From the NCBI RefSeq assembly GCF_006345805.1, contig NC_042997.1, positions 40,362,001 through 40,426,000 of the forward strand: DNA of 64,000 bases. The letters are read 5' to 3'. This document shows, piece after piece, positions 1 through 11,648 of this stretch. A model generated the notes under the pieces. That model searched no databases and was not told the DNA's origin. It saw only the letters and a program-made list of their open reading frames with translations. Numbering within the stretch: the first letter of the stretch is position 1; each line of letters starts with the position of its first letter. This DNA is from Octopus sinensis (lineage: Eukaryota). The position numbers and the translations under genes were made by a program.

Positions 1-23
1 TTTCTTTAAAACTTCGCGAACCT

Positions 24-348
24 ACATGGCTGTATAGTTAATGTTCGTTTCGCATTCGGTTTCAATTTCATTGCGCGGCACTTTAGGCCGACTAATATTT
101 TCTTCGTGACTTTGTTGGAGGAAATTTTGTGGAAGACCATCCTATCAGTGTGTCTTTTTGCATCTTTGTGTTTGTGTTTCAGCGTTTGACATCAAGTGTT
201 GGCTTGATTAGGTTGCGTAACATAGCGCTTCAACAAAACGAGTCCGATATAACAAGTACCACACGTTAAAAATAATAAATATTGTGTTCGATTGACTAAA
301 TCTTGTGAAGACTCAGTCAAATTACTGAAGCGAGTGAAAGAATGAAAG
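24..348 (+). mobile_element. Degenerate tRNA-derived SINE (CORE-like family, same as 27622-28092)
   Basis: Collinear by eye with the 27.6 kb copy: tggctgtatagtt head, ggtttcaatttcattgcgcggcacttt, ...cagtcaaattactgaagcgagtgaaagaat tail. Confidence 0.6.
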
Positions 349-849
349 AATGTATGTGTGTGTGCATGTGTGTGTGTATATGTGTGTGTGCGTTTGAATG
401 TCAGTGTTAGAGTTTACGCCGGTGTTTTGTTTTCTCCCCTAATTTAGCGATATGATAAACTAAGACAGATAAAATTAGTGCCAGACAAGTACAAAGGTCG
501 ATAGCATCGATAAAAATTCCTTTCAGTTATCATCCACAGGATCATAGATACACACACACACACACCCACACACCTACATACAGATACACACACACACACA
601 CATTCAGATGCGCGCATGCACAAACACACATTGCTGTTCTGGGTGTACATGAATGTTTATAAGTATTTTTTTGTGTGTGTGTCTATTCAAGTATCTTGTG
701 ACGGTTCAGCTATAAATACTGTTTTGAGTAAACGACTCCCGATAGTCCCAGAGATACCTAGACCGACTAGAGATCACCTCCCCTTCATCTGTCGTCGCTA
801 AGGTATCACCCTACCCACATAACGCAGCTGATTAACTAACGGACGTTAT

Positions 850-1100
850 ATTTATTTTCTAATGTAGAAGTCATTCCTGCACTCCATGTTTCAAGCAGTG
901 TTGTCGCTGACGCATCAAACACCACATTTCGTTGTCTACGCAACATTAATATCCATGTGGAATGTTGAATCTGTCATTAGTGACTTTATCACTACAACCA
1001 TGTGACCTGAACAGACCAGTTGGAGTACAGTTTTCTTAATAAGAAAAAAGCCATCTTGTTTTTTCTCCATTGTACGTCCATGTCTAAGGAGGTAGTTGGT
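850..1100 (-). mobile_element. Decayed LINE (RTE-like) AP-endonuclease fragment
   Basis: Minus-strand pieces across frames: GFFLIKK, VTNDRF, SATTLLE, RNDFY resemble RTE APE motifs GVGFAIK, INDRLM, SAYAPT, KDKFY. Confidence 0.35.
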
Positions 1101-1221
1101 TTATTCATGTTCATGAAACGTTAAGTAACATGACAAGCTAACCTGTGAGTAACTACAAATAAATACAAGTGTACCTATTTACTGAATGCTATTTCTGTTC
1201 GTTTCTTTACCCATTCGTCTT

Positions 1222-1267
1222 TCTCTCTGTCTCTCTTTCTCTGTCTTTGTCTCTCTCTCTCTCTCTT

Positions 1268-1322
<55 letters not shown>

Positions 1323-1448
1323 CGGCTTCTGTCTTTGCCTGTAAGTCTGTTTATCTCTCTATCTCTCTCTATATATACATATATACATATATGTATGTAT
1401 ATCTACACATGTGTGTATATGTGTGTTTGTGTGTGTGTTTATGTATGT
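1222..1448. repeat. Compound (CT)n/(TA)n/(TG)n microsatellite
   Basis: Direct reading. Confidence 0.95.
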
Positions 1449-1469
1449 AGGTGCATACTTTGTGTGTAT

Positions 1470-2549
1470 TCCAAAAGTTGTATTATTTGAAACTTTATTT
1501 GAAGTTGTATTCACTTGTTGCTTACGCCCCATTTTGAAATAACCTATACCCTACCCAAATATCGTCACACCTCACCTTGGGAAATATTTGTCTATATAAA
1601 GTGCTGCTATTCATTAGATACGCATATTGATTTGCTAGCAGAGTAATTGCTAGTTGATTGAGAATTAATTCAATTAATACACCTGTCAAATAAATCGGTA
1701 CATCTGAGGTCGAGTTTATAGAATGTCACGAAATTCAGTTTACTCTTTCTTTGCTGCGAATTGTTAAAGGGATTGCTATGTATTCAATACACCGAGACTC
1801 GTAAAAGTTTATTGAAGAAATGGCAGTAATGATGTCAGTGTTAGTGAAGCAATAAAATGAGTTTCAGACGATAATAGAAAAAATTGTTGAAACCAATTTT
1901 GGAACATCAAAATAATGCGCGTAGCTTTCACAACAGAAGACTCTGTGTCCAAATAATGTCGAGGCCACCAATGTAGAAAACTTAGATTCAATCAATGAAG
2001 AAAATATGTACTACAGAATAATTGAAAAAATCATTTCAGTGTATAAAACATGCTGAATACGAACATGTTATTTAACTGTGACTACACAATGTTTGGGGAA
2101 ATGTGTAGATTTAAAACTGCTGCTATTTCGCCAAGATGTTCTGCTGAGAGAAGCAATGTAAATCGAAAGCAGCGCCATATTCTTGAATACGTAGCATTCT
2201 TTTATGAACAGTATCGCACATAAAAAGGATCATGCTCTCTTGACGATAGCCCTTACTATATCTACAACACTATATATAATAAGGTTTGAGTTTTCCCATA
2301 GAAGAAGCCTGTATGGAAAAAGCTGTCGCTCGTTAGATACACGTGTTAATATAGAAGAGAACTAATCACCGATTGATTTAAAATTTATTCAATGAATACT
2401 GCTGCGAAGCATAAAAACGCGTTCGAAATGTACCCCACGCTTCTCCTGGAGAAATTCATAACACTAGGGTGCAATAATTTCTGAAAAATTTGTTACAGTT
2501 CCTTAAAGGGATGTTAATTTAACATAACTGTAAATTAGACCACTGTGTA
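1470..2549 (+). mobile_element. Highly decayed Tc1/mariner-superfamily DNA transposon
   Basis: Frameshifted N-terminal-like LVKFY*RNGSN near 1797-1830. C-terminal-like LDTRVNIEEN*SPIDLKFIQ*ILLRSIKTRSKC near 2333-2432. Right end ...gaccactgtg|ta resembles a Tc1 TIR plus TA. Left TIR not found. Confidence 0.35.
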
Positions 2550-3450
2550 CTAATTAATACACATCTGATTTATAAGCTTTAAGTTTTTTTTCTTTTTAGA
2601 AACTGGCCGATTTTTAATTTTTTCAAGTTGTATGGGCTGTGTAATTTTTGAAAGTGTTTCACTTTTTCCTCGACATATGCAGGTGAGACCTTTATGTTGA
2701 ATTTTTTTTTCGTATGGAGGAGGCAAACAGCATATCTCTTTCAATGATATCCATATAAACTTCGAAAAGCAATATCGCAGCGACATCAGATCTCTCTGCT
2801 TTTCTCTCTTTTTTTACTCCTCTTCTGCTTTTCTCTTTCTCTCCATCTGCCTTCTTGATTTACGCCTTAAAATCACAGAAGAGAAATTCAAAACACCGTT
2901 CAGAGTAAAGTTACCCGAAGAAGGTGTATTTATTATGCAGGATAGATCCAGTACACAAACTACTACTATGCACGGAATGAAATGTCCTGTATATATATAT
3001 ATATATATATAAGCAAATGTTGCGAAGCAGGGAATCGAATCGCCTTTCCTAAGTGAGCTCCAAAGGATATTAAAAAGCAACTGCTATCAAGCATCTTTAA
3101 CCAAGCATTGCACGAGCATTAAGTTCTCAAAGACAGTTTAAAATCGTTAACGCTCGTAGTTGCTTTTTAAACTGTCGCACTTTGATGCTTTGATGTTAGA
3201 AACTCTTCTGCAATCATCCAGGGATTTGTAAGAAAAGGTAGATATGCAGCTAAGCTCTCTGAGCATTACCCAAGAAAAGTTCTGTCTAGGAATCGACCCA
3301 CACACGACAGCAAAGCGGATTATGCGTGCGAAGTGTTGTTCACAAATTGCACATTCAGTAGAAAACAAGTGGAAGAGAATTATAATCAGAATACCACGGT
3401 TAACATCAAAGATACTGAATGGAATAATGGAAATTAAAGGATTAAGGAGA

Positions 3451-3464
3451 CTACTACTACTTCA

Positions 3465-3508
<44 letters not shown>

Positions 3509-3567
3509 CACTACTACCACTACTACTACTACTGCTGCTGCTGCTACTACTGCCACTACTACTGCTG

Positions 3568-3598
<31 letters not shown>
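3451..3598. repeat. (CTA)n/(CTG)n trinucleotide microsatellite
   Basis: Direct reading; source of the poly-L/poly-V ORFs. Confidence 0.95.
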
Positions 3599-3854
3599 AT
3601 CAACATGGGTAATTGGTTGAAATACTACATTATCAACATACACATATCGAAACCTCATCCTGCGCTATTCCCACGTACCTACCTAGATTAGAGGTATGAG
3701 CAATAATTGTTTTCATTTCAAATATAACGTAAAGGGATTAAACATTGCTTCCTTTGCATTTGTTTTCAGCCTTTCGTTTCGTATTCTCATTATTGTGGCT
3801 TTCGAAAACACTTTTGACAAACAAAACTTCACATAAAATATATTACTCTATTAC

Positions 3855-3899
3855 ACACATACACACACACATACATACATACATACATACATACATACA

Positions 3900-3933
<34 letters not shown>

Positions 3934-3940
3934 CATACAT
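3855..3940. repeat. (CATA)n microsatellite
   Basis: Direct reading. Confidence 0.95.
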
Positions 3941-3989
3941 ATTGGAACAGGAGATTGCCACAAATTACCTGGTGAACAAGAGAGATTGT

Positions 3990-4700
3990 GACGCTCTTTT
4001 AATCCTAAGTTGCAAGTGCATATGTAGGCTATATCATGTTTCTGTGGAAGACATTACACATGTGATTAGCAGATGTCTTAAAATGTCGTCACAGTAGTAC
4101 CTCCCTATGCGGTACGATGTTGTTGCTAAAACAATTTACAATGCCATCTGCAAAAGAAACTGTCCTGAAATAAACTTAATCACTCTATTATGGAATTCAC
4201 TCATAAACACCAACTCAAGGTATACTGGTGGAATGTTCCCTTCAAAACTTCTGTCAAATGTAAGCATAACAGGCTGGATGTTGTTGTTTGGAACAGAGGG
4301 GCAAAGGTATGAACCATCATAGAGGTCAGTTGCCTTGCAGATATAATTATATCTTTGAAAATCAAAGAAAAAGAGGACATCTATGGACAATTGTTTCAAA
4401 ACCTCCAGCTTCTACATGAAGACTATGAATTCATATTTTATATCAATAATAATTGGAACACTAGGTTTTGTTAGCAAATGCTCAGAGGAGAATCTGGATA
4501 AACTGGGATTTTCAGAAAGAGAAATTGGCCTGCTGATTCGTATATTACAAGTGCAATCTGAGAGTGGGTCGGTAAAAATATGCACGACTTTTCTCAAGAT
4601 CCAAAAATGATTTTGTCTGTGTTATCTATATCCTAAAGATGGAGCCTTGAATCTTTGTTGAAAACCGGCTCCCTCTTCAGTGGAAGATTTATAATAATTA
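3990..4700 (+). mobile_element. 5'-truncated non-LTR retrotransposon with CCHC finger and restriction-like endonuclease (R4/Dong/NeSL-type)
   Basis: Across frameshifts: CICRLYHVSVEDITHVISRC...MRYDVVAKTIYNAIC...YWWNVPFKTSVKCKHNRLDVVVW...IIEVSC...KIKEKEDIYG...IIIGTLGFV...SGSVKICTTFLK, i.e. C-C-H-C, RHD and PD-(D/E)xK region. Confidence 0.85.
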
Positions 4701-4725
4701 AAAAGATAGAAGAGATATACGTACG

Positions 4726-5028
4726 TAATGGCTGCAAACTCGTGTTCGAGTATTGCCATCGCCTGTTCGAAGGTGCCACACATGCGAAGGTTACGACCAG
4801 CTATTTTTGTGATAGGTCTTACTTTTTTTTCGAGTGATGCCAGTGCATGATGATTTTTAAATGTTTGCACAAATCCAATCCCACTCTCTGAACAGGGACA
4901 GCACAAACTCGAAAAGAACTAGTCTACATCATCGAATATTGTCAGTGTCGTAGGTTTTCTCTCAGAGCTTCCCTTTCCCAGAGAGATAACAACAACAGAG
5001 GGGCCTCCCACTCCTAGTGAGACAACCA
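4726..5028 (-). mobile_element. Probable 5' end fragment of an RTE-like LINE
   Basis: ORF 4622-4906(-) contains TKIAGRNLRMCGTFEQAMAILEHEF, resembling the APE start (IATWNVRT...ILAHEL), preceded by a GC-richer UTR-like stretch. Confidence 0.4.
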
Positions 5029-5118
5029 CCAACCAACCAACCAACCAACCAACCAACCATACATACATACATACATACATACATACATACATACATACAT
5101 ACATACATACATACATAC
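5027..5118. repeat. (CCAA)n then (CATA)n microsatellite
   Basis: Direct reading. Confidence 0.95.
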
Positions 5119-5310
5119 AGGGAGAGTTTACGAAAAAAAAAACAAAAGACGAAGACAGGTGGTGTACAAAACAAACAGATGTATTAGTATAGCGCTCAGG
5201 AATAGAAAAAGTCTTTTACGTTTCGAGCCTACGCTCTTCTACACAAAGGGACACCGAAAAAACAAGGAGAGAAAAAATGTGTGTAGTGGCTAACAATCTA
5301 TCATGGCGAG
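5119..5310 (-). mobile_element. Short PLE-terminus-like repeat with degenerate hammerhead (family shared with 54474-54663)
   Basis: Collinear with 54474-54663. Minus strand 5250-5211 reads cttt GTGTAGA A GAGC gtag GCTC GAAAC GTA aaag. Embedded in (CATA)n. Confidence 0.7.
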
Positions 5311-7076
5311 ACATACATACATACATGCGCACGCATATATATTTGAGAAGGAAAATATAGACGTTACCCAATTAATACTGCTGCTACTCGCTGCAGACTT
5401 TCCTTTTGGGTGTCACTAGCCTCTATATTATACTTTTGTAAAATGTATGCGTATATATAGATATATGAATGCAAATAAACGCATACAGTCAAAAGTACAT
5501 TGACACCTACAAGCTCAGAATTGCCAGACTACCATCATTTCTATTTATTGATTGATTTAGCTACTTACGTAGTTCTAATCATGTTTTTTTTAATACCCCA
5601 AGGTATTAAGATCAATGCGTACTTGCGGAGCAAATGAATTATAGAAGAAGAAATAACGATTCGTTTGTATAAGATAGAAATTGATTTGAAATATTAGGTG
5701 TGTATTTGTTAATGGCAATTGAGAACGAAGAATAGTTAGAAGTTAACAAACTCGTTAGCTTCGGAAATAATAGGTTGTGTTTTTCCTTTGAACGTGATCT
5801 TCCTTTGAGATTTGAGATCATTTACTTACTGAAATCATGTTTTCTTATTTGTAGGACTGTAGTATATATCATTGATATTAGTTTCTCATCACATTTTTGG
5901 GAAAGTTTTTCTTCCTATAAATCTTCTGACCTCCCAGGCATACATACACATTATACTATATACGCGCATGCTATATAATTTGGTTTTCTTTTGTTATTTG
6001 CGTACGTGAGTGTACGACTATATGTGGACATTTGCATGCATATGTAAGAATTATATGTACTTATGATAAGAATATGAATATTTGAGTGGGTAAGTATAGC
6101 TGAAGATACCCTACATAATCTAAACGTAATCTAAACAAGTGATTGGTAAAGATTTATTTCAGAAATCTATTTACTGTCTACTACAAAATAATCCATGTTT
6201 CTTAAGTAAGTCCTTATATGAGACATTATTGCTTGTATTCTACATCATATTGAAAATATACATCCTTCATGATGTCAATCTGTTTAAGAATTTCAAAGAT
6301 TCTTAGTAATATAGCAGTAAATAGGCTAAATAAGTAGTTCGTCTTTGCTGAATCGAACGGACTAATCTATATTTTATACAATGAATATCATTGATTGAAT
6401 GAACGTATTATATATAACGGTCGTTGTCAACATTCTGGAGAATGTTTTCTTTGGCTCTCTACCAGGATCAACGATTCAATAATCTTCCTAATATTTTATA
6501 ATTGCTAAGTATTTCCTTAGGTTGCAGTAATAATTTAGCATTCTTCTACGGTTTGATTTGTGTTAAAAACATAAACACAAACATTTTTAATAAGCAATAA
6601 CTATTATATAAGCAGTGTTGGTCCTACCGTTCAGTCGGTTACATTAGTCATCAAACCGTCGTATCTGTATAAATGAAAAATAGAATCTAATGGAAAATAT
6701 TGATTTAAACTCTTTCAAATTAAGTATTATTTGCAAAATAGGTCTAGCTTTGGTTATCTGATTAGATAGAGCAATATATTTTTTATTTTAAAAATACTTC
6801 TCTTGAGTCTGTAATTTATTTTACGCACTTAGTAAATTTAACATTTCGAAGCATAAATTTTCAAATCTTGCTTTTTAATAACACTTATAAATTATATATG
6901 CTATGAAAACTGCACCACCTTCTTTAAATATGTTGCTTGGCTAAGGTTTTACGAAAAACAATTTCAATTCAGTTATTTTTTTTTAAAGATCGTTATTTAT
7001 AAACACACGTCTCATTCAAGCAGAACATACAATGTCCTACAAAACTGCATTAGCCAGAACGTTAGTTACATATTAT

Positions 7077-7112
7077 GGTGCAAAAGCCGGTGCAAAAGCC
7101 GGTGCAAAAGCC
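7077..7112 (+). repeat. 12-bp tandem repeat (ggtgcaaaagcc)x3
   Basis: Direct reading; gives VQKP repeats in ORF 7075-7377. Confidence 0.9.
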
Positions 7113-7149
7113 TGTCCAGAATAGTAATCTGCAATCAAAACTCATTATT

Positions 7150-7800
7150 GTAAGTAGAGATGTTGATCATAGCAGGCCCAACACAGCAGATGGTCATCGA
7201 TCGACATTGATAATTGATTGGTTGATACAGGCGGGAGAAGCTTTGTTGCAGGAAAAAAAGTTGTATTGCAGAAACTCGCGATGTAGTGCACGCATGCGTG
7301 TGTCACTCTACTATCAGCAAATAAAGGTAACAGCCACTCAGCTTTTACTGAAGGTTATCCAAAACACTGTTGATTAAAATAGTAGGTATAAACTGGAGTA
7401 GGATCTCAAACCCAAAGCCCACAATTTAAAGGTTAGAATCAGCATAACTAAGGGCAGCTATATATATATGCACATATATAAAACAATGGAACAAGTGAAT
7501 TTTTAGAAACAGAAAACTCATTGGTGCACTTAGTGTACAATGTCTGACATGCGTGGATGAATAGGGTATGTTGAGACATTTTATCGTGAAAACCTGCAGA
7601 ACATATCCAAAACATTTCTTTAGAAACTGACCAAAGAGTCGTATTTGTATTCACTACCCAGAATAGCGTACAGAAAGTAGTTACATTTCAAATTTTAAAG
7701 CATTTAACAACGAAACACAGCAAATAATGGAGATAACTCAACGGTATTGTTGATAGATACTTTAGTGTAGCATACTTAAACTTGCAACATGTGCTTCGGC
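7150..7800 (+). mobile_element. Decayed pogo/Tigger-type transposase
   Basis: Ordered remnants: LIIDWLIQAGEALLQEKK (CENP-B HTH-like), NTVD* (NADET position), LVYNV*HAWMN (AWM motif), VLLIDTLV*H (LLLDNxxAH). Confidence 0.5.
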
Positions 7801-8216
7801 GAAGCGGTCAAATAATATATAAATATGTTTATAGTTTCCTTGAAATGACTTGGAAAATGTATGTATGTGTTGATGTCAAAAGGATTTAGAATCTTCAAGA
7901 GAACGTGAAATAGTCCTTTTTTTCGGAACAGTGAAACTCGAAGCAGATAGAACTATAAATAACAGCGTATAAGTATCGGGTTCAAAATCACTTTAGATAG
8001 AAAAAGGTCAAAGGTTGCTCGTAGGACTCAAACTCATACCTTCTGTAAAGGTGACAGGTGTCCTACAAGTGAGCAAGAGCAATCCTTTGAATTCCTGTAA
8101 TCATTTAGAAACGTTTGTTCTTACCGTCGAGAATTGTATATTTTTGACATTCCAATGAATTTTCTAAATTCTTATGACATCAATAACACCCAAAGCGGTT
8201 TCCGAACTTAATAAAA

Positions 8217-8555
8217 GGTTAAAGATCCCCTTCGGTCACGAATGACCATAGGATTGCACCTAGAAAGTTACATTCCGAGGCACAAGTCCAGGCAAGATTG
8301 TTTATGGAAGACCAACAGTTGTCCATGCATGCCAGCCTTCTCTCCCTATGCCACTGATGTTATCCAAGGGAAATGCAAAGGCCGATACAGCTTGGCACCA
8401 ATGACATTGCAACTCATTTCTACAGCTGAGTGAACTGGAGCAACGTGAAATAAAGTGTCTTGCTCAAGAACACAACACACATCCTGGTCCAAGAGTCAAA
8501 CTCACTACCTCATGATCGTGGGTCAGACTCTCTAACCACTGAGCCACGCAACTTC
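8217..8555 (-). mobile_element. Full-length tRNA-derived SINE (V/CORE-like central domain)
   Basis: Minus strand: A box tggctcagtgg, B-box-like gagtttgactc, gtgttcttgagcaagacactttatttcacgttgctccag. Tail shared with 54241-54436. Confidence 0.85.
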
Positions 8556-9511
8556 GAACTTAATGTTTACACGATATTATTTATAACGTTATGTGTGTGT
8601 ATGTTTGTATGTGTGTGTATGTGCATGAATCCGAAGGGAGTTATATCCCTTGCTTCTTGTTTTCAGATGGTAAACACCCCAATTTCTATTTCTTATCAGT
8701 ATTCAGAACACTCCCCTGAGGTATTTTCCCTTTGTTATAATGATGATAGGCTCCATCACCACCACTCGTTATTTAGGAAGTACATTCTTCCACATGACAA
8801 GTGCTGACATAAACAGAGCTAATTGTAAAACGACAACTCTATCATTTTCGAAATCATTACATAACCTTAAGTTTGAACTTTAATAAAAGATGTGAAACAA
8901 ATGAATCAAAATTAATATTTAATTAATCTAGACAGCTTTCCTTGAAACAAATTGATTGTTTTCCACGATTTTTTGTTTCTATAAAATACATGTAAAATTT
9001 CATAGAAAAAAGCGTTAACATTGATGTAGAGACAGATACGTTTCTATATATAGTAATTACACACAGACACACTAAGACACACACACACACACACAACACA
9101 CAAACACAAACACATACACACATGTATACATATAAATACTATGTGGTATTTATCAGATTGTATAAAAGGCAAAAATCCGAACTCTTTAAATTGTATTTGT
9201 TTGTTAAGTAAAACCTATAATCAATTCTTTCTCGTTTTGACATTTTTGAACTTGAATTTTTTTCCGATAATTTCATTGCTCAAACAAGTTAATTACTTAG
9301 AGACAAAGGTTTAAATTTGAAAGAGGAAGGGAATTAGATTGTTGGATAATTTGTATTATATAGAAATTTCTTTCGTACTAGGACGCAAATAGACAGAAAG
9401 TTACCTTTTACTCAACAATGTTTGCCACTTGTGTTCAGTCTCGCATGCTGACTTAGCTCTCAATATCTTTCAATCTACGAATGAATAATTGCGAATTTAA
9501 TCTCATGAAAC

Positions 9512-9795
9512 CACACACACACACACGCGCGCACACACATGTATATATATATATACACATATGTATGCATATATACGTGTATATATATGTATGTATATAT
9601 CTGTATGCTTATATATGCATACATATATGCATGCATGTATATATATATCTATCTATATATATATATATGTATATATATATATGCATGCATATATATATGT
9701 GTGTGTGTATGCATGTATATATTTGTATATATGTGTACAAACACACACATACATACATAATACATACATGCGTAGATACATACATTTGTACATCC

Positions 9796-9830
<35 letters not shown>
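9512..9830. repeat. Compound (CA)/(TA)/(TG) microsatellite
   Basis: Direct reading. Confidence 0.95.
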
Positions 9831-9834
<4 letters not shown>

Positions 9835-9990
9835 ACCGGTTGGTGCGTTGTGTTATTGAGCAACAGACTTCATCTCACATTGCTCTGCGATCACTTAGAC
9901 ACTTGACACGTGGTACAGCAACGCACCTCTACAGGCAACCACCGTCAGTTTGATTGGGGGAGTCATCTGATATACAGCGCATACATTTAA
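9831..9990 (+). mobile_element. SINE internal fragment
   Basis: gcgttgtgttattgagcaacagacttcatctcacattgctc matches the central domain of the 8.2, 18.1 and 36.8 kb SINEs. Confidence 0.55.
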
Positions 9991-10105
9991 TAACTGAATA
10001 AATCATTTGAAGATGTCATTTGGCATAAGCTGAACATTAGCACATCGTCTACGACGAGAGAGCCTATCATATATCTTATACACACACACACACATGCACA
10101 CACAT

Positions 10106-10154
<49 letters not shown>

Positions 10155-10158
10155 TGTA

Positions 10159-10657
10159 TATTTTTATTTTTTATTTTATTTTATCTAGTTTCAGCTCATG
10201 AGCTGTGGCCATGCTGGGGCACCGCCATTTGGTGTTGCTACATGATTTTACTTCACGAATGCTTTTCAGCAATTGTCATTTGGTGCATGAGAGAGTTCGA
10301 TGCACCTGCCCTCATCTGCACCTCCTGCCGTGAAGTTGGTTCATCTGGGACACCTGACAGGAAGAGATCCAGTTTTATTTTAAAGACATCCGCATCCACC
10401 CCATGCAGGTCTCTCAGGTTCTTCGGTGGGCCTCTGAAGCCCAGGCTATCACAGTATCTTGTCCTACATCTTGATGGCAAATTTGGAGTCCTTGGCACTA
10501 TGCAGTGGCGCCCAGTTCTAGCATTTGTGTAATTCTCGATGCCAAAGTTTGGGACAAGTCCTTCTAGGATCTTCCATATGTATATTATGGCATATCTTTC
10601 TCGCCTACGGTCTAAGGAATAGAGTCTTAATCTCTTGAGTCTTTCCCAGTAGCTTAT
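10159..10657 (-). mobile_element. 3' end of CR1/L2-group LINE (ORF2 C-terminus, 3' UTR, (TAAAA)n tail)
   Basis: ORF 10253-10840(-): SYWERLKRLRLYSLDRRRERYAIIYIWKILEGLVPN...FKIKLDLFLSGVPDEP. 3' hairpin cagctcatgagctg, then A-rich tail. Confidence 0.9.
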
Positions 10658-10689
10658 ATGTATGTGTGTATATATGCACATATATATGC

Positions 10690-10757
10690 ATAGGAGTGGC
10701 TGTGTGGTAAGTAGCTTGCTTACCAACCACATTGTTCCAGGTTCAGTCCCACGGAGA
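10690..10757 (+). mobile_element. SINE 5' head (CORE-like family), truncated
   Basis: ggagtggctgtgtggtaagtagcttgcttaccaaccac...ggttcagtcccac, matching the head at 28030-28092. Confidence 0.85.
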
Positions 10758-10888
10758 TGTACCTGCATAGCAAGTGACCTGATCTGAGATCGTGTGCTGA
10801 AATAAAAACAATTGCAGCGTGAAAGGTGCCTATAAGCCATTTAAAAATTGAAAAAAAACGTTTGATTCACTTCAACATTTAAATTTAG

Positions 10889-10940
10889 TTTGATAAAATA
10901 TTTTCGTCACTTTGAGACCACGACCTGTTCACTGACAAAA
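10889..10940 (-). ncRNA. Hammerhead-like motif, type I minimal, G3-C8 core variant
   Basis: Minus strand: tttgtca GTGAACA G GTCG..TGAC GAAA ATAT TT tatcaaa. Palindromic stem III AATATT; stem I partly eroded. Confidence 0.5.
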
Positions 10941-10949
10941 TTCTGTGCT

Positions 10950-11470
10950 CCCATCCTTCCCTATTCTTCTCTCCCCTTCACCGTTCCCTTTCTCTCATTC
11001 CTCCTCCTCCACTCTCTCCACGCTGACACGTGACGAGAGGGAATCTATCTTTCTGACTACTACCTTCGCAAAGACTAAACGTGCTTATTCTGTCTCTTCA
11101 TAACCTCTTCTCCCTAAGCGTTCAGAATATTTTTTCCATCGTCTTGGCTTAACAACTCTCATCGTTTGTTTTTACTGTTTTGTTCTCATTGTTCTGTTCT
11201 TGTTATCCCTTTCACTCTTCGCAAAAATCCCAAATTTCATTTAATTTGCTTTGCGGAAAGGACTGTTTCAACGAAGTCGCGTCTTGTCCTTGCCTTCGAA
11301 ACGTGGAGTAGATGAAATAGGGACAACTGAAGAAGGGAATATTCTTTATGTTGTATGCCTCATTTTTCTGTTTTTTTCATTGTCCGAAAAAAAAAGTTCG
11401 TTTCTATGGTTTTGTTTTTATGTTTTCGTTTCTCATTGTGTTCAACGTTTTTTTGATGTCCTGTACTCAT
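10950..11470 (+). mobile_element. PLE-terminus-like repeat ending in gatgtcctgtactcatata at (TA)n
   Basis: Shares aaaaatcccaaattt with the 29580-30012 copy, and the ribozyme block and 3' terminus with both 14553-14800(-) and 29580-30012. Confidence 0.65.
11263..11338 (+). ncRNA. Non-circularly permuted hammerhead ribozyme candidate (copy A, intact core)
   Basis: cgcGTC 11278-83 | ttgtcc 11284-89 ... ttc GAAA 11298-301 cgtg ... ggacaa 11321-26 CTGAAGA 11327-33 A GGG. Outer helix ctgtttca/tgaaatag. Confidence 0.7.
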
Positions 11471-11528
11471 ATATGCATGTATATATACATATATATGTAG
11501 GTATGTACATATATGTATGTATATATGC

Positions 11529-11592
<64 letters not shown>

Positions 11593-11648
11593 TATTTATA
11601 TATATATGTATATATGTATATATATACACATACGTACACATATATACA
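11468..11648. repeat. (TA)n-rich microsatellite
   Basis: Direct reading. Confidence 0.95.
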
